Below, one piece after another: positions 8,043 to 15,287 of a stretch of DNA of 15,290 bases (the first letter of the stretch is position 1; each line of letters starts with the position of its first letter). The DNA comes from Nitrospinota bacterium (GTDB taxonomy: Bacteria; Nitrospinota; Nitrospinia; Nitrospinales; VA-1). Location: positions 1 through 15,290 of the forward strand of contig JAYNIA010000030.1 in NCBI GenBank assembly GCA_038108555.1, in the 5' to 3' direction. Below the pieces are notes generated by a model. That model had not been told where the DNA came from and did no database searches. It saw only the letters and a program-made list of their open reading frames with translations. The position numbers and the translations under genes are program-made.

Positions 8043-8103
8043 AACGAATCTCCGGTTTACTTAAATATAAAACTTTTTACAAACCCATGAAGCTTTTTTA
8101 AAT

Positions 8104-8316
8104 TTACTTTAAAGGGTCCGCCCCTCCCTCATGATAGGGATGGCATTTCAACAGCCGGGCACAAACCAGCCAAACCGCCTTCAATAAAGAATAACGTTGC
8201 AAGGCTTGCGCTGCATATTCCGAACAACTGGGATGAAACCGACAAGCTGGAAAAAACAGTGGCGATACCCAGCGCTGATATCCACGAACGAGATTAAGGA
8301 ATAGTCGATTTAACAT
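8104..8316 (-). CDS. yidD: Membrane protein insertion efficiency factor YidD
   Basis: YQRWVSP, CRFHPSCSEY and RLLKCHP...GG.DP; lies between rnpA and yidC. Confidence 0.96.
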   Translation of the reverse strand: MLNRLFLNLVRGYQRWVSPLFFPACRFHPSCSEYAAQALQRYSLLKAVWLVCARLLKCHPYHEGGADPLK

Positions 8317-8346
8317 TGAAGGCCGGAATTATTTAGAGTCGAGGGA

Positions 8347-8691
8347 TCACTTGATCGCCAGAAGGGCAGTCGAAAGCTTTTTATCAATAACCTTGTAGGA
8401 CTCAACCACCATTTCCTTCCCGGAAATCACAACGATGTCCGTTGCGGGAACGATCTGGTGTTTTATCTGCCGAAAAATTTCGCGAATGGTTCTTTTGACC
8501 CGGTTTCTTGCGACTGCATTGCCTACTTTTTTAGATGCGATGATCCCAAGCCTTTTCCTATCCAAGCCATTTGGAATTGAGAAGACCGTGCATAACCTTC
8601 CAACACGATTCTTTTTACCCTCAGCGAGAACTTTCTCAAACTCGGGTCTTTTGGTAAGCCTTTCCAGTTTACTAAACGAGAAATCACCCAT
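8347..8691 (-). CDS. rnpA: Ribonuclease P protein component
   Basis: ERLTKRPEF and RLGIIASKKVGNAVARNRVKR (RNR motif). The true start is ATG 8691 (MGDFSF); the ORF-track extension to 8757 overlaps rpmH. Confidence 0.95.
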   Translation of the reverse strand: MGDFSFSKLERLTKRPEFEKVLAEGKKNRVGRLCTVFSIPNGLDRKRLGIIASKKVGNAVARNRVKRTIREIFRQIKHQIVPATDIVVISGKEMVVESYKVIDKKLSTALLAIK

Positions 8692-8698
8692 CAGGTTT

Positions 8699-8833
8699 TC
8701 AGGCGGACAGCTTTTTTCTTCCTTTTCGCCTGCGGTTGGCCAAAATGCGTCTGCCACCTACCGTAGCGCTTCGTTGCCGGAATCCGTGTACACGTTTTCT
8801 TTTAATGTTGCTGGGTTGAAACGTTCTTTTCAT
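8699..8833 (-). CDS. rpmH: 50S ribosomal protein L34 (not in ORF track)
   Basis: Translated by hand: [48 protein letters not shown] (44 aa). GAAGGA lies upstream. Confidence 0.98.
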   Translation of the reverse strand: MKRTFQPSNIKRKRVHGFRQRSATVGGRRILANRRRKGRKKLSA

Positions 8834-8862
8834 GAATCTTTCCTTCTTTCAGAGTAAAACAA

Positions 8863-8932
8863 GATGCTTCGATAAACTCAGCATGACAACAACGAGATAA
8901 TCTTGAGGTCATCCTGAGCTTGTCGAAGGATC
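8863..8932. repeat. REP-like inverted doublet in the rpmH leader
   Basis: GATGCTTCGATAAACTCAGCATGAC (8863-8887) and GTCATCCTGAGCTTGTCGAAGGATC (8908-8932) are 25-nt inverted copies with 4 mismatches and a 20-nt spacer. Confidence 0.8.
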
Positions 8933-9042
8933 TCGGTGTTTATGCAAAGCATCCTTCAAAAACACTAAAAACCCGCCTAGCCCCATCAAATCAGACGGTT
9001 AGTCATTCTTCCTATGAGGGGGAAAACGGGAGTGCAGGGTGA

Positions 9043-9071
9043 ATTATTTCACCGAGAACCATTATTGTCAA
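9043..9071 (-). promoter_or_regulatory. Putative sigma70 promoter of the rpmH-rnpA-yidD-yidC operon
   Basis: Minus strand: TTGACA (9071-9066), 17 nt spacer, AATAAT (9048-9043) preceded by an extended -10 TG. Confidence 0.6.
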
Positions 9072-9213
9072 GGGATAAGCCACTTTAAAGGCCCAAACAT
9101 CCCAGTAAAAAGGCTCAGTAAAAACCCAAAAATTCATGTTTGCCACTTTGCCCACCCAGTCGATTTAACTTTGCTTTCCCCGCCGGGGGGTAAAATGGTA
9201 TCATTCTAACATC

Positions 9214-11016
9214 ATGAAAACATTATTGATTTTTCCGGCCCAGTGGTATCCGACTCAGCCCTATCTGAGCACGCCCTACCTGACAGCGTTTTTGCAGGAC
9301 AAGGGGTGGGAGGTATCGCAAAGGGATTTCAACATTGAATCTTACGACCATTTTCTCTCTGAGCCCCTGCTGCGCCAGGCAGAAGGATTGATGCGGGAAC
9401 GGCAACAGGCTTTGAAATCGCAAAGCTCCCTTTCCATAAAGGAAAAATCCACCCTCGATGTTTTGTCGATGGGCCTGAAGTTCTCCGATCAGATCATCGG
9501 AGGCGTGGAGGAGGCCAAGGCGGTCATGCGGACCCCGGAACGGTTTTTCGATTTCGGCGCATACCAACAGGCGGATATGGTCATCAAGTCTGCATTAAAG
9601 CTGGTATCCGATGCCTATGCCCCGGCCATATTCAGTTTGTCTACTTTTGAGAGTGGTACCCGGGCCGAAGAGTCCACAAAAAAGGCTCACGAAACCACCC
9701 GCGATGTGGCCACCAATCCTTTCATCAATCTTTATGAAAATGTCCTTTTGCCTACGGAAAACTGGCAGGACTATGACGTCGTTGGAATTTCCATTATTGG
9801 TATTTCCCAAATCATTCCCGGCCTCACGCTGGCAAGAATGGTTAAAGAAAAATATCCGCATCTGCATGTCACCCTGGGGGGTCCCATTTTTAGTGTTAAC
9901 GCAGGTCAATTGATCGGTCATCCGGAATTTTTTGACGATTTCTGCCACAGCGTTGTCACCTTCGAGGGGGAAGAACCCATGCACCGTTTGCTGGGTGCTT
10001 TGAAATCGGGTGACTCCCTGCACACCGTTCCCAACCTGATGCACTTAGATGCTCGGGAAGTGGTGCAGAACAAGGAAAGGGTCGAATTGAGATTCGAGGA
10101 ATTGCCCAACCCTATTTTTGACGGATTACCGATGGACAAATATCTATCGCCCTATCCCATCATTCCGGTACTGCAAAGTCGGGGTTGCTATTGGGGCAAA
10201 TGCACTTTCTGCACTCATAGTTTTGTCTATGGCCACCGCTACGGCAAACAAAAAACCCAGGCAATGGTGGATGAGCTGGAAAACCTGATGAAAAAATACA
10301 ACACGAAATATTTTACGTTTTCCGATGAAGCGGTTTCTCCGCATTCCTTGAATGATGTTTCCGAAGAAATGATCGAGCGCGGAGTTGAAATTCGTTCCCT
10401 GGCTCTTCTGAAATTTGAAAAGGTGATGGACGAGGAACTGTTTGCAAAAATGAAAAAGGCCGGCTTCATCTTCCTCATGTTCGGATTGGAAAGTGCCAAC
10501 GACCGGGTACTGGCTCTCATTGATAAAGGAACCACCAAGGAAGTGGAACGCGATGTGTTGATGAAAAGTCATCAGGCAGGAATTTGGAACCACTCGTTCC
10601 TGTTTTTCGGATTCCCCACTGAAACCAAACCGGAAGCCCAGGAAACTATCGATTTCTTAAGAAACAATTTGCAGTCCATTCATTCCTTTGGTCCAGGCGT
10701 TTTCCTTCTGAATCGGGATTCGAGTTGTTACCAGTATCCTGAAAAGTTTTCCATTGAAAAAATCATCGAAGATCCGGATCGCAACATCGCCATGAATCTC
10801 GATTTTGTTGCGAAGGAAGGAATGTCCCGCGAAGAAGCGGTGGAAATGAATGACATTTGTATAAAAATGGCGGAAGAATATTTCCAGTCTTTAAAAATCT
10901 GGGGCACGCTTCCGCGCGAACATTTTCTACTTTATATAGACAAGTTTGGGAAAGATGCATTGAACGGCAAAACACCGCCTGCTGAAGAAGAGGAAAAGGT
11001 ACTGTGTAGAGCATGA
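9214..11016 (+). CDS. Cobalamin-binding-domain radical SAM protein (paralog 1)
   Basis: N-terminal LLIFP..W.P..PYLS, VVGISI, VTLGGP, EGEEP, SRGCYWGKCTFC, FSDE, FGLESANDRVL and FFGFPTET. Confidence 0.9.
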   Translation: MKTLLIFPAQWYPTQPYLSTPYLTAFLQDKGWEVSQRDFNIESYDHFLSEPLLRQAEGLMRERQQALKSQSSLSIKEKSTLDVLSMGLKFSDQIIGGVEEAKAVMRTPERFFDFGAYQQADMVIKSALKLVSDAYAPAIFSLSTFESGTRAEESTKKAHETTRDVATNPFINLYENVLLPTENWQDYDVVGISIIGISQIIPGLTLARMVKEKYPHLHVTLGGPIFSVNAGQLIGHPEFFDDFCHSVVTFEGEEPMHRLLGALKSGDSLHTVPNLMHLDAREVVQNKERVELRFEELPNPIFDGLPMDKYLSPYPIIPVLQSRGCYWGKCTFCTHSFVYGHRYGKQKTQAMVDELENLMKKYNTKYFTFSDEAVSPHSLNDVSEEMIERGVEIRSLALLKFEKVMDEELFAKMKKAGFIFLMFGLESANDRVLALIDKGTTKEVERDVLMKSHQAGIWNHSFLFFGFPTETKPEAQETIDFLRNNLQSIHSFGPGVFLLNRDSSCYQYPEKFSIEKIIEDPDRNIAMNLDFVAKEGMSREEAVEMNDICIKMAEEYFQSLKIWGTLPREHFLLYIDKFGKDALNGKTPPAEEEEKVLCRA

Positions 11017-11024
11017 GGAACATT

Positions 11025-11094
11025 TAACCCCCTCAATCCCCCTTATCAGGGGGAGGTTTTGGTTCCCCCCTGTCAAGGGGGGCTAGGGGGGTTA
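11025..11094. repeat. C/G-rich REP-like inverted doublet between the two radical SAM genes
   Basis: TAACCCCCTCAATCCCCCTTATCAGGGGGA (11025-11054) and the inverted unit TCCCCCCTGTCAAGGGGGGCTAGGGGGGTTA (11064-11094). Each unit has its own C-run/G-run hairpin. Confidence 0.8.
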
Positions 11095-11128
11095 CCCGAA
11101 AGACTTTTAGCAACTAACTTTAAAAAAA

Positions 11129-12940
11129 ATGAAAAACCTACTTATATTTCCACCGGACTGGTTGCCCTCAGAACCTTACCTGAGCCTGCCGTCCCTCGCC
11201 TCCGTTTTGCGTCCTGCAGGACACGAAGTGGTGCAGATGGATGTCAATGTGGAAATGTACGATTTGTTTTTCAGCAAAAGATTTTTAGAGCACGTTTCCC
11301 ATCGTATCGCCCACGAAAGAAATTTCCTTCAGGAAGAGCAGAGCAAACGCCAGTTAGACGAAGAGGAGCAGGAACTGTTAGACAAGCTGCTCACCTGCAC
11401 TCCTGAATTGTTTGAACAGTTTTCAAACGATGTCGAACGGGCCAAGAAAATTTTGCGTAGCGAAGCCTTCTACGATATCGACCAGTTGGAATGGGCCACC
11501 AACTGCCTGCATCAGACCATGGCCCTGATCTCATTGGGGTATTACCCGGCGCAAATCTGCTTCCCCCCCATCGAAACGGATATCGTTTACAAACCGTTCA
11601 TGTCGAGCGAGATCATTGAATCCCTTGACGATGAACAGATCAATATATACCGCGATGTTTACGCGATGCTGATCCGTCCGGTTATGGAACGCGAACGGCC
11701 GGCCATGGTGGGCATCTCGGTGGTGCAGCAAAAACAGCTGATCCCAACGTTCACTTTCTGCAAAATGATTAAGGATGAGTTCCCCGGAACTCATATCACA
11801 TTGGGAGGAAACATCATCACGCGAATTCGCGACATGCTTCCTGAAAAGGAAAATCTGTGGGAGTGGTTTGACAGCGCCATTGTCTATGAAGGCGAGTCGG
11901 CTTACCTCAAACTGACTGAGGCCGTTAAAAACGGTTCGGACTTTTCAACTTTGCCCAACCTGATCTATAAAGACGAAAAAGGCATCCATGTAAACAAAGA
12001 AGTCTTTGCCGAACAACTGGCAGAATTACCGCCGCCAGATTTTGATGGATTGCCTCTCGAGAAATATTTCGTGCCGCAACTGATTCTCCCCTACCTCGCT
12101 ACCCGGGGATGTTATTGGGGACGCTGCACCTTCTGTGACCATTTCCAGGGATATGTTGAAGGATTCCGCACCAAGCAGGTAGACCATATCGTCCAGGAAA
12201 TAAGTTTCCTAAAGGAAAAATACGGCACCCGGTTTTTTCATTTCACCGACGAATCTTATCCCCCTGCCCTGTTCCAGAAACTTTCGCGCCGCCTGATTGA
12301 CGACAAGCTCGATATTGCGTGGACCACGCATATGCGCTTTGAAGAATCTTTATTGGAAGAACAGGTGTGGAAAGATGTGGCGGAGTCGGGCTGTAAATAC
12401 CTTCACTTCGGTTACGAATCTGGCAACCAGCGTGTGCTTAAACTTATGGACAAAGCAACCAAGCTTGATGCCATTGAAACCAACCTGCGGATGTCTTCTG
12501 AAGCGGGGATATGGAATCATTTGATGGGATTCTTCGGGTTCCCCGGTGAAACCAGTGAAGAAGCGGACGACAGCAAGGCTTTCGTTGAAAAGAACAGCGC
12601 CCACATCCATTCCCTGGGCTTCATGACATTTGTATTGGGCAAATACAGTCCCATCGCATTCGAACCGGAAAAGTATGGACTGACCTACTATAAAAATCCG
12701 GAATGGGATCTGGCACTGGACTACTACTTCACCACAAAGGACGGACTCACCATCCAGGAAGCGCTCGATGTGTTCGACGAATTCGAGCAGAACCACAATT
12801 CGAAATGGGATTTACGAACCTGCGTCCGTGAATACATCTTCCTCTACATAGACAAATACGGCTCCAACCATTTGCCGCAACTGGAAATGACCGAAGAGCA
12901 ACGCCGCCAAATGCAACAACCCGCCATCGGCATGATCTAG
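11129..12940 (+). CDS. Cobalamin-binding-domain radical SAM protein (paralog 2)
   Basis: LLIFPPDWLPSEPYLS, MVGISV, ITLGGN, YEGE, TRGCYWGRCTFC, FTDE, FGYESGNQRVL and FFGFPGET. Confidence 0.9.
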   Translation: MKNLLIFPPDWLPSEPYLSLPSLASVLRPAGHEVVQMDVNVEMYDLFFSKRFLEHVSHRIAHERNFLQEEQSKRQLDEEEQELLDKLLTCTPELFEQFSNDVERAKKILRSEAFYDIDQLEWATNCLHQTMALISLGYYPAQICFPPIETDIVYKPFMSSEIIESLDDEQINIYRDVYAMLIRPVMERERPAMVGISVVQQKQLIPTFTFCKMIKDEFPGTHITLGGNIITRIRDMLPEKENLWEWFDSAIVYEGESAYLKLTEAVKNGSDFSTLPNLIYKDEKGIHVNKEVFAEQLAELPPPDFDGLPLEKYFVPQLILPYLATRGCYWGRCTFCDHFQGYVEGFRTKQVDHIVQEISFLKEKYGTRFFHFTDESYPPALFQKLSRRLIDDKLDIAWTTHMRFEESLLEEQVWKDVAESGCKYLHFGYESGNQRVLKLMDKATKLDAIETNLRMSSEAGIWNHLMGFFGFPGETSEEADDSKAFVEKNSAHIHSLGFMTFVLGKYSPIAFEPEKYGLTYYKNPEWDLALDYYFTTKDGLTIQEALDVFDEFEQNHNSKWDLRTCVREYIFLYIDKYGSNHLPQLEMTEEQRRQMQQPAIGMI

Positions 12941-13062
12941 CGGCGAGCCGCCGTGGGCGGGTGATAGGTCAACCTAAGCAGTGATAAAATCCTCTTAAGG
13001 TTTGTTTACAAGAAGCCAGCTTCCGTCTACAAGAAAACAGAAATTAAAATAAGGAGGTTTTA

Positions 13063-13668
13063 ATGCCAAACGAAACAATTTGTCAGTTAGTCAGCTTGGC
13101 ACCTTGGACTTTAGCAATCATTGCGTTTGGCGGTTTTATTTTTCAAATATCGGTGCACAAAAGAAAATGGGATAGTGATGAATCAAGGTTTCGTTTAACT
13201 TCAGCTTTAGATGCATTTGCAGAAGCACATAAGCTGCTAAAGGACGGAAACAATGACCGCATAACTTGGATTTCTGCAGCAAGAGCGTTGAAGCGAGGAA
13301 AAAATATTGCTAAGGATATAACGGAAAAAGTGGACAAAGATGTTCTTGAAGTGCAACTGGATCGATATCGCATCATTTTTTCTCAAATACTTGGTGCCGA
13401 TGATCTAAAAAAAGGAATAGAATTTTTTAAAGGCGAATTACTTCCTGAAGGTCCGTATTCAGCCTTCCAATCCAGTGCCAAAGAAAAAGATAGGTATCTT
13501 CCCCCACCTACTCTTAAAGTAATTTGGGATTTCGCTCAATTCCCTGAAGGGTATGACGATCCTATCCATTTCAAAGAATCGTTTTCAAATGAAGAAATAG
13601 ATCAAGGCAAAAATAACGTTATTTGGCCAGCATTGTTTGAGTATTTAAAATTCTGTAGAAGATCCTGA
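13063..13668 (+). CDS. Hypothetical protein with one N-terminal transmembrane segment
   Basis: 201-aa ORF with a strong AAGGAGG RBS and hydrophobic LAPWTLAIIAFGGFIFQISV. Visibly more AT-rich than the upstream radical SAM genes. Confidence 0.8.
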   Translation: MPNETICQLVSLAPWTLAIIAFGGFIFQISVHKRKWDSDESRFRLTSALDAFAEAHKLLKDGNNDRITWISAARALKRGKNIAKDITEKVDKDVLEVQLDRYRIIFSQILGADDLKKGIEFFKGELLPEGPYSAFQSSAKEKDRYLPPPTLKVIWDFAQFPEGYDDPIHFKESFSNEEIDQGKNNVIWPALFEYLKFCRRS

Positions 13669-13733
13669 TAGACTAACAATGTATCAAGGTTCGACACCTT
13701 TGGTCAAAAGCATCTCTTCTCCTCAATATTTCT

Positions 13734-13763
13734 CTCTGCGTTCACCTGTGTTCATCAGTGGTT
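13734..13763. repeat. Degenerate 10-bp tandem repeat (3 units)
   Basis: CTCTGCGTTC ACCTGTGTTC ATCAGTGGTT (consensus ATCTGYGTTC), between convergent genes. Confidence 0.6.
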
Positions 13764-13773
13764 AAAACTTTTT

Positions 13774-13986
13774 TTACTTTTCAAAATCTTTTTCGGAAAG
13801 TCCTGCCATTTTTATCAGGTGGGAAAGCAGGCCTTTTTTGAGCGGTTTGTTTCCATGGACAGGAATTGTGAGGCGAACGATGGATCCCTCTTTACCATAA
13901 ATATGATGACTCCCATGAATCCTTAGCAAAGACCATCCCTTTTTCTCAATCAGTTTACAAAACTCTTTTCCCGAGAAGGATTTCAC
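13774..13986 (-). CDS. hicA: HicA-family toxin (mRNA interferase)
   Basis: GW.LLRIHGSHHIY and TIPVHGNKPLKKGLL..LIK.AGL. Its GTG start overlaps the hicB stop (GTGA). Confidence 0.93.
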   Translation of the reverse strand: MKSFSGKEFCKLIEKKGWSLLRIHGSHHIYGKEGSIVRLTIPVHGNKPLKKGLLSHLIKMAGLSEKDFEK

Positions 13987-14180
13987 ACTGAAATTTCTAC
14001 TATTTTATCAGTGGTGCTTGTTGGCTCCATATCCACTGATAAACAACCTTCTATGGCTTCACGAAGGTTTTGCATCAATTCCTCGTAGGTATCGCCTTGG
14101 GTGGAGCAACCGGGAAGCGCGGGAACCTCGGCCCAATAGCCGCCTTCCTCCGCTTCATGGACAATGGCTTTAAGTTTCAT
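13983..14180 (-). CDS. hicB: HicB-family antitoxin, short form
   Basis: EEGGYWAEVPALPGCSTQGDTYEE...NLREAI; 65 aa with no C-terminal HTH or RHH domain. Confidence 0.93.
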   Translation of the reverse strand: MKLKAIVHEAEEGGYWAEVPALPGCSTQGDTYEELMQNLREAIEGCLSVDMEPTSTTDKIVEISV

Positions 14181-14240
14181 ATTTTTTACCGATTGATTTT
14201 TATTATTCCTATTTTATCGCAATCCCATTTTTAAAGAAAT

Positions 14241-14639
14241 TTATTTCTCCTCATACGACACAACATTCTCATGCTCATTGGGGTCGTTGCGGGAAACGAT
14301 GGCCAAGGCGGTTTCGGTATCGCTCAGGTTGACCGGTTTGTGCGGGACTCCCGGGGGGATGTAGACAAAGTCACCCTCTTCATTGATGACCGACTCTTTC
14401 AAGTTATCTCCAAAACGGGTTTCCACCCTGCCTTTTAAAAGGTAGATCGCGGTTTCAAAATCTTTATGGTAATGCGCTTTCGGCGAACCTCCAGGCGGAA
14501 TCACCACCATGTTCATGGACAATCCTTTCGCACCTGCGGTCTCTTGTGATATTCCCACGAAATAGGGAAGGTTTTGTTTCGTAGCGATGGTTTCTTTGGG
14601 GCGGACGGTCACCACTTTTCCTTTTAGATCAAGACTCAT
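14241..14639 (-). CDS. RmlC-like cupin domain protein
   Basis: IPPGG.PKAHYH..FETAIY...G and EGDFVYIPPGVPH.P.N (His-His-Glu-His metal site); GGAGGT RBS. Confidence 0.9.
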   Translation of the reverse strand: MSLDLKGKVVTVRPKETIATKQNLPYFVGISQETAGAKGLSMNMVVIPPGGSPKAHYHKDFETAIYLLKGRVETRFGDNLKESVINEEGDFVYIPPGVPHKPVNLSDTETALAIVSRNDPNEHENVVSYEEK

Positions 14640-14685
14640 AATTCACCTCCTATAGAGATGATTATACATCGGAAATTTGAAGTGA

Positions 14686-15009
14686 CTAAATCTCTATATA
14701 AAACCCGTCTTCTTCGGTAGCAACTTTATAGATCGGTGTGGAGTCGGATCGATTCCACTTGCAAAAGCCTTTTTTTATGTTCCAAGCGCATTCTTCTTTA
14801 TTGCAAAAAGCAAACATTCCTCTCAGGACACCTTTGCCCAGACTTCCCTCGCAGCTTTTGCATTGGTCAGCAATGCAATAATATTTCCCTTCAGCATTGA
14901 AAAATCCGAGCACATATTTGATTTCTGTATAAGGGTGCTCGAGGTGGATTTGCATCCCCCTTCCTTCTTCAGGCGCTTCGTCCAGTTCCAGGATTTTTAC
15001 TTTGGACAT
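14686..15009 (-). CDS. Rieske/NirD-like ferredoxin-fold protein lacking the His ligands
   Basis: GKYYCIADQC..., SLGKG.L.G, C.....WNIKKG.C and TPIYKV..EEDGFYIEI follow the Rieske ferredoxin pattern. The ligand boxes read CKSC and CNKEEC. Confidence 0.72.
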   Translation of the reverse strand: MSKVKILELDEAPEEGRGMQIHLEHPYTEIKYVLGFFNAEGKYYCIADQCKSCEGSLGKGVLRGMFAFCNKEECAWNIKKGFCKWNRSDSTPIYKVATEEDGFYIEI

Positions 15010-15014
15010 GAGAC

Positions 15015-15287
15015 CTAATCCTGCGGAAGGTAGGGGCCATACCGGTCACGGTAATATTTTTCCAGATCCCAGCGGAATTTACCTTTGAGGTGGGGCAGTT
15101 CTTCAGCCACTTCATGGTCGAAGGCAACATAGTCTTCTGACTTTTTCTGGATCTCTTCTTCCCGTTTGATATTGGGGTCCAGATAAGAGTCCCCCAGTGA
15201 GGAGGTGCCTACAATGAGGTTTTGTCCCCTTTTTATCCATCGGCCCAGCATGAGCCGTTCTTCATCCGTTCCAGGTTCTATTGGCAT
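15015..15287 (-). CDS. Hypothetical protein (90 aa), probably co-transcribed with the Rieske-like and cupin genes
   Basis: Protein-like composition and a 5-nt gap to the next gene. The start is at the window edge, so it is uncertain. Confidence 0.7.
   Translation of the reverse strand: MPIEPGTDEERLMLGRWIKRGQNLIVGTSSLGDSYLDPNIKREEEIQKKSEDYVAFDHEVAEELPHLKGKFRWDLEKYYRDRYGPYLPQD

Noticed and set aside
8435..8857. 140-aa plus-strand ORF, and the rnpA extension to 8757
   Set aside because: Both overlap the unmistakable rpmH and rnpA genes.
9014..9088. 24-codon ORF (MRGKTGVQGELFHREPLLSRDKPL) as a RiPP precursor for the radical SAM pair
   Set aside because: No RBS, overlaps the rpmH promoter and has no leader/core pattern.
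8834..9213. Possible oriC upstream of rpmH
   Set aside because: No consensus DnaA boxes seen and no dnaA gene.
9223..12796. Multiple antisense or alternative-frame ORFs in the radical SAM genes, including 11059-11406
   Set aside because: Codon-bias shadows; the 11059 ORF starts inside the REP-like repeat.
12941..12960. Overlapping short GC hairpins after the second radical SAM gene
   Set aside because: 5-bp stems without a U-tract; termination is unsupported.
13685..13702. tRNA T-arm-like AAGG-TTCGACA-CCTT
   Set aside because: No cloverleaf, acceptor stem or CCA; too short to call a tRNA remnant or att site.
13671..13767. Possible integron attC site (GACTAAC...GTTAAAA) after the orphan gene
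   Set aside because: The left end resembles an attC start, but the arms are not complementary, the core sites deviate from RYYYAAC/GTTRRRY and there is no integrase.
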